Source of the DNA: Christensenellaceae bacterium | GTDB taxonomy: Bacteria > Bacillota > Clostridia > Christensenellales > CAG-138 | Length of the DNA stretch: 64,000 nucleotides | Assembly: GCA_963666935.1 (NCBI GenBank) | Contig: OY762936.1 | Location: 861,933-925,932, forward strand | Direction: 5' to 3' | Shown: positions 8,655 to 17,890 of the stretch, piece by piece | How the letters are laid out: each line of letters opens with the position of its first letter | Numbering within the stretch: the stretch's first letter is position 1 | Program-made: the position numbers and the translations under genes | Notes under the pieces: model-generated | Database searches by the model: none | What the model was told of the DNA's origin: nothing | Seen by the model: the letters and a program-made list of their open reading frames with translations, nothing else

Positions 8655-10510
8655 GCAAAAAAGAATACGAAATCGGAGATGCTAAAATCCAGCAGCAGCG
8701 GCAACACGGCCCAGGCGGTATGCAGTTTGGCGAGAAGCCAAAGAACTTTAAAAAATCCATGGGCAAGCTGATCGCGTATAGCCGTCCATACTGGACGGTG
8801 GCAATCGTCGCGATTGCTTGCGCGGTCGCCGGTTCCATTGTGACGCTGATGGGCCCCGACCGGCTCAAGGAGATCACCGACATCATTATCAAGGGCGTCG
8901 AGGCCGCGATGATCCCTGGGGGCAGCGGCGGGATGGATCTCGATAGAATTGCGAATATTTGTTGGACGCTCGCCATCCTATATGTTGGCGGCGCCGTTCT
9001 GATCTTTATTCAGGGTTGGATTATGACTACGGTTACGCAGCGGCTGACGAAAGGCTTGCGACGTGGGATTTCGGAAAAAATCAACAGGCTCCCGCTTCGG
9101 TACTTCGACAATACCACGGCAGGCAATATTATGAGCCGCGTAACAAACGATGTCGATACTTTGGGGCAGTCGCTTAACCAGAGTCTGGGGCAACTTGTCA
9201 CTTCGATTGCGATGTTCGTGGGATCAATTGCGATGATGCTGGCGACAAATGTCATTATGGCCCTGACGGCGGTAGGATCCACGCTGATCGGCTTCGTATT
9301 GATGAGCATCATTCTCAAAATGTCTCAGAAATATTTCAGGCGCAACCAGAGTAACCTCGGGGCAATTAACGGCCATGTGGAGGAGATTTACGCCGGACAT
9401 AGCATTGTCAAAGCTTTTAACGGCGAGAAAGAAGCACGCCGGAAGTTCGACGAAATTAATGAGAAAATGTACGAATCCAACTGGAAATCCCAGTTTTTCT
9501 CCGGCCTCATGATGCCGTTCATGACTTTTATCGGCAACTTCGGCTATGTGGCCGTCTGCATCGCCGGCGCCATCCTCACGAAGAACGGAACCATCGATTT
9601 CGGCGTGATCGTGGCGTTTATGATCTATATCCGGCTCTTTACTCAGCCTTTGGCACAGGTCGCCCAATCGGCAACCATGCTGCAGTCTACGGCAGCCGCG
9701 TCGGAGCGTGTTTTCGAGTTCCTGGAAGAGCAGGAGATGGAGGACGAGTCGAAGAAGACCGAAAAACTTTCCTCTATCCGGGGTGATGTTACCTTCGAGC
9801 ATGTCCATTTCGGCTATAATCCAGAGAAGACAATTATCAAGGACTTTTCTGCTGATGTGAAAGCGGGGCAAAAGGTCGCCATCGTCGGGCCAACGGGCGC
9901 CGGCAAGACAACAATTGTGAATCTGCTGATGCGGTTCTATGAGGTGGGCAGCGGCGAAATCCGCATCGATGGCGTGCCGCTTTCCGCACTCAAACGCGAA
10001 AACGTCCATGACCTTTTCTGCATGGTGCTTCAGGATACGTGGCTCTTTGAGGGGACCATTCGGGAAAACGTCGTCTATAGTAAAAAAGGCGTCACGGACG
10101 AGGAAGTCAAGCAGGCGTGCAAAGCCGTGGGCATGCATCATTTCATAAAAACGCTGCCGCATGGTTATGATACCGTCCTCAACGACAATGCTAACCTGTC
10201 CGTGGGGCAGAAACAGCTTCTGACCATCGCCCGTGCCATGATCGAAAACTCGCCGCTCCTCATCTTGGATGAAGCCACGAGTTCGGTGGACACGCGTACA
10301 GAGGTTCTGGTGCAAAGGGCCATGGATGAGCTGATGAAGGGGCGCACCTCGTTTGTTATCGCGCACCGCCTCTCAACGATCAAAAATGCCGACACCATCC
10401 TCGTGATGCGGGATGGCGACATCGTTGAGAGCGGCCGCCACGAGCAGCTCCTGGCAAAGGGCGGCTTCTATGCGGAGCTCTACAACAGCCAGTTCGAGCA
10501 GGCGTCGTAA
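8651..10510 (+). CDS. ABC exporter, fused permease/ATPase (heterodimer half 2)
   Basis: Overlaps the upstream stop (ATGA). Walker A GPTGAGKTT, signature LSVGQKQL, Walker B LLILDEATS. Confidence 0.9.
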   Translation: MSKKEYEIGDAKIQQQRQHGPGGMQFGEKPKNFKKSMGKLIAYSRPYWTVAIVAIACAVAGSIVTLMGPDRLKEITDIIIKGVEAAMIPGGSGGMDLDRIANICWTLAILYVGGAVLIFIQGWIMTTVTQRLTKGLRRGISEKINRLPLRYFDNTTAGNIMSRVTNDVDTLGQSLNQSLGQLVTSIAMFVGSIAMMLATNVIMALTAVGSTLIGFVLMSIILKMSQKYFRRNQSNLGAINGHVEEIYAGHSIVKAFNGEKEARRKFDEINEKMYESNWKSQFFSGLMMPFMTFIGNFGYVAVCIAGAILTKNGTIDFGVIVAFMIYIRLFTQPLAQVAQSATMLQSTAAASERVFEFLEEQEMEDESKKTEKLSSIRGDVTFEHVHFGYNPEKTIIKDFSADVKAGQKVAIVGPTGAGKTTIVNLLMRFYEVGSGEIRIDGVPLSALKRENVHDLFCMVLQDTWLFEGTIRENVVYSKKGVTDEEVKQACKAVGMHHFIKTLPHGYDTVLNDNANLSVGQKQLLTIARAMIENSPLLILDEATSSVDTRTEVLVQRAMDELMKGRTSFVIAHRLSTIKNADTILVMRDGDIVESGRHEQLLAKGGFYAELYNSQFEQAS

Positions 10511-10525
10511 TATTCTTTAAGCCGG

Positions 10526-10552
10526 GGAGGCGCAATGAGCGCCTCCTTTTTG
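10526..10552 (+). terminator. Rho-independent terminator
   Basis: GGAGGCGC-AATGA-GCGCCTCC followed by TTTTT. Confidence 0.85.
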
Positions 10553-10782
10553 TTTGGTGAATCCCGCAGGCCGCGCAGGCGGCTGACCGCCTTGAAATGC
10601 TTGTGTTCAAGGTCGTTTCGTGATACGATTTTGGTACGATGCTGGTATTCAGAATAACTTGTGGAGCTGGAGTTTGACGATTCGTCAACATGGCGGGGGT
10701 ATCTGACGATGAGGCGCTTAAAAAGCCTGACCATATCGGGCATGTCGCGGTCATGGTATATGCAAGTAAACTGTTTTCATAG

Positions 10783-11190
10783 TTCAAGGGTGGAGCGGAA
10801 TATGCTGGATATGATAACTGGAGACTCCCAAACGTTAAAGAACTGCAAAGCGTATTGGATTATACTAGGAGTCCTGACACGGCTAACAGCGCGGCAATCA
10901 ATCCGGTATTTGAATGTACCCAAATGATTAACGAAGCATCACAAACGGATTATCCGTTCTTTTGGACGAGTACGAGCTTTAATCCGGGAAAGGATGCGGC
11001 TATCGTTTGTTTCGGCAGGGCATTGGGATATTTCAATGCGAATGGCCAAGGCGAACAATTTGTTGATGTTCGTGGAGCCGGGTGCCAAAGAACCGACCTG
11101 AAGAAAGGTAAAAGTTCTTACGGCCAAGGGCCGCAGGGTGATGTGCGGCGAGTTTATAACTATGTACGCTTAGTAAGAGATGCCGGTTAA
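10783..11190 (+). pseudogene. 5'-truncated DUF1566 (Lcl C-terminal domain) remnant
   Basis: The frame opens right after a TAG and reads GGAEYAGYDNWRLPNVKELQSVLDYTRSP...YPFFWTSTS...VRLVRD, which is the C-terminal DUF1566 core. There is no plausible start, RBS or N-terminal part. Confidence 0.55.
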
Positions 11191-11405
11191 ACATGTAAAT
11201 CGCCGGTAATTAAAAGGATAGCAGTGATGAAAAGCATATTTACAGGGCGGGTTTTCTGCTATATGATACTAAGGCGAGCCCTTAGTAACACTTGTATTCA
11301 TAATCATTTCAAATATATTAACGATTTGGTCGGGCCTTTGCGCGTGGGAGTAAACTTTTAAGAATCGCACAAACTATATTTAATGTACTATAAGGAGGTA
11401 ACAGA

Positions 11406-11660
11406 ATGTCTTGTTATTATGTCATTGGCGTACGGATGGACAACAGGGTTGGCAACGCACTAAATTTTCAGGAAACCCTCACAAGAAACGGCTGCAAGAT
11501 AAAGGCGCGTTTGGGTCTGCATGAAGCAAGCGAAAGCATCTGTGCGAATGATGGACTGATCGTGCTGCAGCCCTGCGGTGAAAAAGCAGAAATCGAGCAG
11601 CTGGTTGTGGACTTAAACCGCCTGGAGGGGATCACCGCAAAACTCATCGACTTAAACTAA
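11406..11660 (+). CDS. Small ACT-fold protein, TM1266-like (putative iron-only hydrogenase system regulator family)
   Basis: 84 aa with RBS AAGGAGGT. The pattern YVIGV...ARLGLHE...GLIVLQ...LNRLEGITAKLI resembles that family. The assignment is from memory only. Confidence 0.4.
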   Translation: MSCYYVIGVRMDNRVGNALNFQETLTRNGCKIKARLGLHEASESICANDGLIVLQPCGEKAEIEQLVVDLNRLEGITAKLIDLN

Positions 11661-11686
11661 ATAACATGTTTATGAACGAGCATTTT

Positions 11687-11717
11687 AACCACCAGTAAAA
11701 CTGGTGGTTCTGATTTT
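11687..11717 (+). terminator. Putative terminator
   Basis: AACCACCAG-TAAAA-CTGGTGGTT followed by CTGATTTT. Confidence 0.6.
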
Positions 11718-11835
11718 GGAGCGATCGAGGGAAACAAAGCAAGGGCTCGATAAGTGCGAAGATTCCAGATTGACTTTCCGCAAGGGCTTAATTAAAAAAA
11801 TGTGCAGAATTATAAAAATCACTTAACGTAATCCC

Positions 11836-11866
11836 TTGCTCATTACGCTGCGTAATGAGCTACAAT
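11836..11866 (+). promoter_or_regulatory. Putative promoter (TTGCTC...TACAAT) whose spacer is a 23-bp perfect palindrome
   Basis: GCTCATTACGC-T-GCGTAATGAGC (11838-11860) abuts TACAAT (11861-11866), about 100 nt upstream of the ABC-2 ATPase. Confidence 0.45.
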
Positions 11867-11961
11867 GCAATCGGCAGATAAAATTTATGTGGACTACCAT
11901 AACCTGTGGGCCGGTTAACAAGACGGCTGTGATTCACAGCTCATAATAATGAAAAGAAGGA

Positions 11962-12693
11962 ATGAGTATGCTTGAAATCAAGAATCTGACAAAAACCTAT
12001 CCCGGCAATGTAAAGGCGGTAGACAATCTCTCCCTAACGGTGGAAAATGGGGACCTCTATGGATTTATCGGGCAGAACGGGGCCGGCAAAACCACGACCA
12101 TCAAGGCCATCGTTGGCATCCACTCCTTTGACGGGGGAGACATCCTAATCGATGGGCTCTCAATAAAGTCGCGCCCCATCGAGTGCAAGAAAGTCATGGC
12201 TTATATTCCAGACACGCCGGATCTCTATGAGTTCATGTCCGGGAACCGGTATCTGAACTTCGTTGCGAATATGTATGACGTCCCTATGGCCCCGCGAAAA
12301 GAGCGAATTGCGAAATTCAGCAAGGCATTTGAAATTGAGCAGGATCTGTCCGCGTCCATCTCTTCCTACTCCCATGGCATGAAACAAAGGGTCGCGCTGA
12401 TTGCGGCGCTGATTCATAAGCCGAAACTGCTGATTCTGGATGAGCCGTTTGTGGGGCTGGACCCGAAGGCGGCGTACACCTTAAAAGAGTATTTCCGTGA
12501 GATGACCGAAGGGGGCTGCTCGATTTTCTTCTCCACGCACGGGCTGGAGGTCGCGCAGAAACTGTGCAACAAAATCGCCATCATTAAAAACGGCAAACTG
12601 CTCGAATGCGGGAAAACGGAAGATGTCGTGGGAAACAAATCTCTGGAGGACGTCTTTTTGGAGTTGACGGAAGGGGTTTTAAAGGATGCGTAA
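11962..12693 (+). CDS. ABC transporter ATP-binding protein (ABC-2 type)
   Basis: Walker A GQNGAGKTT, signature YSHGMKQR, Walker B LLILDEPF. The start may instead be ATG 11968. Confidence 0.9.
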   Translation: MSMLEIKNLTKTYPGNVKAVDNLSLTVENGDLYGFIGQNGAGKTTTIKAIVGIHSFDGGDILIDGLSIKSRPIECKKVMAYIPDTPDLYEFMSGNRYLNFVANMYDVPMAPRKERIAKFSKAFEIEQDLSASISSYSHGMKQRVALIAALIHKPKLLILDEPFVGLDPKAAYTLKEYFREMTEGGCSIFFSTHGLEVAQKLCNKIAIIKNGKLLECGKTEDVVGNKSLEDVFLELTEGVLKDA

Positions 12694-14275
12694 GTTTTTT
12701 GAGCTGCTGAAGGTTAACATTTCCCTTTCGATGATGCAGGTCAATATCCGCCGTTTCAGGAGAGGGAAAAAACAAAGCCGCTCCTCGAGTTATGTTCTTT
12801 TGCTTGCCGCTGTGCTGATTATGGCATATATGGGCAAAATCTCCTCCATCCTCTATGGCGCGGTGGGCCCGTATGGGTTTGGCTGGCTGCTGGTGGCCAT
12901 GGGGCTTTTCATGGTATCCATCTTAACCTTGGCTACGGGAATCTATAGCGTTGGCGCCGTGCTTTTCGACGGGCGGGATCTGGATCAGCTTTTTTCCTAC
13001 CCGCTCCGGCCTTTGCAAATCCTCTTTTCAAAGGTGTTTGGGCTGGTGGTGGAAAACTGGCTGGTGGGCATTGTGTTTTTTCTGCCTTTTGTGGCTGTAT
13101 ACTGTATCAACGTGAGGCCCGGGGCGCTCTTTTATATTCATGCCCTTCTGGGGTTTCTCTGCCTGCCATGTATCCCGGTGTCCCTTTTCATACTGCTTGC
13201 ATACATTTTGAATTTCATCACAAGCGGAAAGCGCGCGAAAAATACGATCAACGCGATCGTTGCGATTGGGCTGATTGCAGGCACCGTAGTTGGAATGCAA
13301 AGCCTTATGTCCGGTTATCAGAATCCTAATATGGATATCTCCGGTTTAATGGAAGGATTCAAGCATATTTATCCCCCCCTTGGCTATCTCACAAGTGGAA
13401 TTGTTGGCGCCAACCCGGGGGACCTTGGGATCGGCCTGCTATGGAACGTCGCTCCTTTTGCCGTATTGTGCGCTGTTTTATCAGTTGGTTATCGAGCGCT
13501 GTGGTCCCGGTCCCGGGCAGTGCGCAAGACCCGGCGTGGCAAACTCTCCTTTGGCATGCGCTCCTCGTTTTCATCTTTACTGCAAAAGGAATTTTCCCGG
13601 TATTTCTCCTCGGCTATGTATGTTTTAAATTCCTCAATTGGAATCATCCTTATGACTCTGTTCACGGTGTTTTCCGGAGCGGGAGGGGCAGACATACAAA
13701 AGCTGGGGTCGTACTTTCCTGCGGATATGAAAATTCTGTTTATTCTACTGGTCTTCGGTTTTACCCTTATCATCACCAATACAACGGCACCATCCATCTC
13801 CTTGGAGGGGAAAAACCTATGGATCATCAAAAGCCTGCCGGTTGAGGAGGGGAAAATCCTGCTGGCAAAATTATGCGTCCATCTGATCGTGACAATTCCG
13901 CTGTTGCTTGTCAACTGCGTCATCGCGGGGTTCACCCTGCATCTAAGCGCCGTAAACTGTTGCATCCTTTTCGCCATCTGCGCGCTTTTTGCGGTCTTGG
14001 GCGGACTTTTGGGGCTGATTTTTAACCTGTATTATCACCGGTTTGATTTTTACAGTGACATGCAGGTGGTGAAAAACAGCGCCAGCGTATTGCTGACCTA
14101 TCTGACAATGCTGGTCATTGCCGCGGCCTTTGCCGGCATCTTCTGGCTGCTGCGCACAAATCTTGTGCTGGGCTGGTTTTTATTCGGTGTCGGGGTTGCG
14201 CTTGCCGCCCTCGCGGTGGCTGCCGCGGCGTTTGTATTTACCAGGGGTAAGGAAATGCTCAAAAACATTTCATAA
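12686..14275 (+). CDS. Multi-TM ABC-2 exporter permease
   Basis: 529-aa polytopic protein translationally overlapping the ATPase gene. Confidence 0.6.
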   Translation: MRKFFELLKVNISLSMMQVNIRRFRRGKKQSRSSSYVLLLAAVLIMAYMGKISSILYGAVGPYGFGWLLVAMGLFMVSILTLATGIYSVGAVLFDGRDLDQLFSYPLRPLQILFSKVFGLVVENWLVGIVFFLPFVAVYCINVRPGALFYIHALLGFLCLPCIPVSLFILLAYILNFITSGKRAKNTINAIVAIGLIAGTVVGMQSLMSGYQNPNMDISGLMEGFKHIYPPLGYLTSGIVGANPGDLGIGLLWNVAPFAVLCAVLSVGYRALWSRSRAVRKTRRGKLSFGMRSSFSSLLQKEFSRYFSSAMYVLNSSIGIILMTLFTVFSGAGGADIQKLGSYFPADMKILFILLVFGFTLIITNTTAPSISLEGKNLWIIKSLPVEEGKILLAKLCVHLIVTIPLLLVNCVIAGFTLHLSAVNCCILFAICALFAVLGGLLGLIFNLYYHRFDFYSDMQVVKNSASVLLTYLTMLVIAAAFAGIFWLLRTNLVLGWFLFGVGVALAALAVAAAAFVFTRGKEMLKNIS

Positions 14276-14293
14276 AAATTCGGGGGTGATTCT

Positions 14294-14500
14294 ATGTCAA
14301 AAAGAAAATGGACAAAAGAAGAGGTTGAACAGTGGCGCGAGAAAAATAGAAGGACTTTATATTTCAACAAGCAGGACAGCAATGTCTTTGTCCCGAAAAG
14401 TTACGGAATCGGCATAACCTGCAACTGGGGGAACCCGATCTCCTGGGTTCTTATCGTGGCAATCATCGCTATTATCGTTCTAATAAAAGTCTTCAGGTGA
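14294..14500 (+). CDS. DUF5808-domain small membrane protein
   Basis: NVFVPKSYGIGITCNWGNP motif followed by one TM helix. RBS is GGGGGTG. Confidence 0.55.
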   Translation: MSKRKWTKEEVEQWREKNRRTLYFNKQDSNVFVPKSYGIGITCNWGNPISWVLIVAIIAIIVLIKVFR

Positions 14501-14510
14501 ATTTTTGAAC

Positions 14511-14548
14511 TGGTCCGCAACAAAAAACAGCGGGCCATTCATTTTTTC
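14511..14548 (+). terminator. Rho-independent terminator
   Basis: TGGTCCGC / GCGGGCCA stem followed by TTCATTTTTT. Confidence 0.6.
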
Positions 14549-14666
14549 ATTCCTTTCTGTATGATGGCAACCTTCCTGATATTGTCTATCTGGTGGCCTT
14601 GGAGTAACATAGTAGTGTTGGCAGCATAGCAGGATGAAAAATGTGCGGACATCGGGAGGAGATACG

Positions 14667-16160
14667 ATGCTGAACGAAAATTGGGTCACAGAGAATTTTG
14701 AAACGGATCTGGCTGTCGCGTATCAAAGAGAACAGTGCGAAGAAGGAAAAAAGACTTTTGATCTGGAGATGCATTTGCATCTGGCGCATGTGGAAATGCT
14801 CTTAAAGCAGGGAATTATCTCCAAAGAGGAGGCAAAACTCCTTCTGGGCGCACTTCTAAACGTGTGGGAGGCCGGGCCAGACATCATCGAAATCCGGGAA
14901 GGACGCGTCGATCTATATTCCAATCTGGAAGACTACATCGTTAAGGCGATCGGAATTGACGTGGGTGGGAAATTCCATATCGGGCGCTCGCGTAACGATA
15001 TGGAGTGCACCATTTCGCGCATGCTTTGCAGGGCCTACCTCATCGACTTCACCCTGTCCGTCTGCGGGCTGATAGAATCTCTGATCAAAAAGGCGTCCGA
15101 TCATGTGGATACGGTCATGCCGGGGTATACCCACCATTCCCAGCATGCCCAGCCTACCACCATGGGGCATGTCCTGTTGTGGGGTGTGGATAGCTTTCTG
15201 CGGGATATCGACCGGGCGGATACCTGTTTTGCGCGCCTGAACAAATCCCCCATGGGCGCTGCGGCTCTTTGTACAACGGGGTTCCCGGTGAGCCGTGCGT
15301 ATATAGCGGGCCTTCTGGGCTTTTCCGGCGTCGTCGAACATTCCATTGACGCGGCGGGCAGCCGTGATTTTGCGCTGGAAATGGGCAGCGTCCTCTCAAT
15401 CTTTCTGAGCAATTTAAACCGCCTGAGCGAACTCCTGCTGGTGTGGAACATCCGGGAAGTGGGCATGATCAAGATGGCCGGCAAGCATTGTTCCTACAGC
15501 TCTATTATGCCGCAGAAGGTCAATCCCGTGGGGATTGAAATGGTGCGTTTTGCCGGCACATCCGCATATGGCTCCTTATCCGCCATGTTTAATAACCTCA
15601 AAGGGACCACTCCCGGCAACGGCCGCGAGCCCGGCCATGAGGACGCGTTTCTCGCGGGCATCATTGAGGCGGCCATCCCTTCGGCTTCGTATATGGGCGA
15701 TATTGTCGCCGATATGACGGTAAACAAGGAGCGCTGCCTGCAGTTGGCCAAAGAAGGGTTTTCCACTATGACGGAGCTGGCCGACGAAATGGTACGAAGC
15801 AAGGGCGTTTCTTTCTATATGGCGCATAAAATCGTATCCAAACTTGCGCTGCTTGCCGTGGATCAAAATATCCCGTGCGAGGGAATCACGCAGGACTTGG
15901 TGGACGGCGTGGCGATGGAGCTGTTTAATCGGAAGATCAATATGACAGATACGGAAATCAAACGGGCGATTGATCCCGTGGAGAATGTGAAGCACCACAG
16001 TCTTCCCGGCGGCCCGTCCTTTGAGGAAGTGAAGCGCATGCTTGCCAACAGGGTGCAAAAGGTTGCCGAAATCCGCAGCGATTGGGAATCCAGAAAGAAG
16101 TATCAGCAAAGCAAGATCGCGCAAGTCAAAGTGCTGGCAAATTCAATTATAAAGGATTGA
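14667..16160 (+). CDS. Argininosuccinate lyase-like enzyme (fumarate lyase superfamily), orphan paralog
   Basis: GRSRNDM, GYTHHSQHAQP and SSIMPQKVNP motifs. ATG 14667 follows GGGAGGAG. Confidence 0.75.
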   Translation: MLNENWVTENFETDLAVAYQREQCEEGKKTFDLEMHLHLAHVEMLLKQGIISKEEAKLLLGALLNVWEAGPDIIEIREGRVDLYSNLEDYIVKAIGIDVGGKFHIGRSRNDMECTISRMLCRAYLIDFTLSVCGLIESLIKKASDHVDTVMPGYTHHSQHAQPTTMGHVLLWGVDSFLRDIDRADTCFARLNKSPMGAAALCTTGFPVSRAYIAGLLGFSGVVEHSIDAAGSRDFALEMGSVLSIFLSNLNRLSELLLVWNIREVGMIKMAGKHCSYSSIMPQKVNPVGIEMVRFAGTSAYGSLSAMFNNLKGTTPGNGREPGHEDAFLAGIIEAAIPSASYMGDIVADMTVNKERCLQLAKEGFSTMTELADEMVRSKGVSFYMAHKIVSKLALLAVDQNIPCEGITQDLVDGVAMELFNRKINMTDTEIKRAIDPVENVKHHSLPGGPSFEEVKRMLANRVQKVAEIRSDWESRKKYQQSKIAQVKVLANSIIKD

Positions 16161-16185
16161 CCGAATCCAAATTAAGATTCATATG

Positions 16186-16217
16186 CGCCCGGCCATCTTT
16201 GGCCGGGCGTTTTTTTC
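16186..16217 (+). terminator. Rho-independent terminator
   Basis: CGCCCGGCC-ATCTTT-GGCCGGGCG followed by TTTTTTT. Confidence 0.9.
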
Positions 16218-16386
16218 CCTTTTCTTTGCGACAGCCGCGCCAAAAAATAAAAATCCCGTCGAAAACGGGAAAATATAAGAACGATTCATTCTTTTTTGCA
16301 TTCTTATATTACCATAAATTCAAAGAAATTTCAAGACTTGTAGGGGATAGCACAGGGGGGTATACTGCGAAATGGAGGTGGTATAG

Positions 16387-16860
16387 ATGGATGGCAATTT
16401 TTCGCTACAACCCCTCGAAATGCAAAAGCTCGCTGCAATGCAGGAATTGCGCAATTGCAACGAACTGACGGCGCGCTATGGTCTGGCGCTGTCCGAAGCA
16501 CAGATGCAAGCCCTGGTGGAAGGCCGCTTTGGCGCGCTTATTGATACCGGGCGCGTGGAGTTTGGCGAGGGCGTATTAAAAAAGCTCATATACGCCTTTT
16601 GCGATTCTCCCTATGTCATCCAAGACAATTATGAGGAAACCATCTTGGAGCTGCAGGATTCGTTCTACTATTATAAAAACGAATCCATGGGCCTGATCGC
16701 TGACGATGAGCTCATTGGGTTCATGAAAATCGTATTTGATGGCAGGGCACAGGGCTCGCTGGAATACCTGACCGGAACCTCTCTGGATGAGCTTTGCCGT
16801 TATGCTCGGGACGGCGGCTATGATCCCTTAGACGGCGGCGCTTCCGGCGACCGGTTTTAA
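16387..16860 (+). CDS. Conserved hypothetical protein (possibly DUF6323-like)
   Basis: 157 aa, soluble and acidic. RBS is GGAGGTGG, and a promoter-like TTGTAG-17-TATACT lies upstream. The family name is from memory only. Confidence 0.5.
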   Translation: MDGNFSLQPLEMQKLAAMQELRNCNELTARYGLALSEAQMQALVEGRFGALIDTGRVEFGEGVLKKLIYAFCDSPYVIQDNYEETILELQDSFYYYKNESMGLIADDELIGFMKIVFDGRAQGSLEYLTGTSLDELCRYARDGGYDPLDGGASGDRF

Positions 16861-16866
16861 CGCATT

Positions 16867-17781
16867 ATGGAAAATTTAGATCTGATAATTCCGGGTGATG
16901 ACACGCTTTCCCCTGAAGAGCTGCAGATCCTGCAGGTCAAGCTCTGGGGGCTTTTGGGGGAGCGCACCGGGCGCTATACCATGGGGGACAGCTCGTCGGT
17001 TCCCGTGGAGCTGGCGCAAGAACTTTTAACCTCCATCTGCTTCACGCTAGGCATATATCTGAAGGAAATCGGCGAAACGCAAAAGCTGCTGGTGTCCGCT
17101 GATCTGTCCCAGCTGCTCAAGGTGGGAATCAGGATCATAGAATCCCAAATAGAGACGGGCAAGCAACTCTGGCAGGCTGCTTGCCTGAGCGCGCCGGAAA
17201 TTGAAAACATCGCTTACCGGGACACTCTAAAAAGCATCGGCAAATTTTTCAAACGCTATAACCGTCACTTTCTGGCGCACCAAATCCCCTGCAGCATCGA
17301 TTATCCGCTGTGTGATCCGGTACCAGAGCAGACCATGGGGATTGAATATATCAACGAATACCTGCGCCGCATTCTCATGGAAAACGATGTCCTGCGCCGC
17401 TTCGATCCCTGTTTGACCATCCGCCTTCTGGAAGGATATTGTTCCGATTATAGAGAGCTCCTCATCAATCTCTGTGAGCCGGTTGTAACCAATGCCGTGG
17501 GGCTGGTGCTCATTGGCGGTGATCCGCTGCCGCTTGAGATTTTGGATACGCACTGCGCCCGGCTCGCGGAGATCTTCGTGCCGCTGTCAGAGCCGGAGGC
17601 GCGCCGCGTGCTTCATGAGGCCGCCGGGCGGCTCTGCCGCATGCTGAACGTTGAAAACACGGTCGAGCAAACATACCTCGTGCACCTTGCGGCGGAACTG
17701 GCTCCTCGGATCTTTGCCGCCCTGCCGTATGGGAACCTGAACGGTGTTTTTACTCCGTCCACTGAACCGGAGAACCCATGA
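16867..17781 (+). CDS. Conserved hypothetical protein (possibly DUF6179-like)
   Basis: 304 aa. It starts 6 nt after the preceding stop, so co-transcription is likely. Confidence 0.5.
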   Translation: MENLDLIIPGDDTLSPEELQILQVKLWGLLGERTGRYTMGDSSSVPVELAQELLTSICFTLGIYLKEIGETQKLLVSADLSQLLKVGIRIIESQIETGKQLWQAACLSAPEIENIAYRDTLKSIGKFFKRYNRHFLAHQIPCSIDYPLCDPVPEQTMGIEYINEYLRRILMENDVLRRFDPCLTIRLLEGYCSDYRELLINLCEPVVTNAVGLVLIGGDPLPLEILDTHCARLAEIFVPLSEPEARRVLHEAAGRLCRMLNVENTVEQTYLVHLAAELAPRIFAALPYGNLNGVFTPSTEPENP

Positions 17782-17890
17782 GTCAAAATTCTCAGCACAG
17801 ACTTCAAATCCGCAGGAAATTATGGTAAGATGAAGTGCAAAACAATAAGGAAATCGTTGTGGAAACGAGTGGAATCACAGGAGGATGGAT

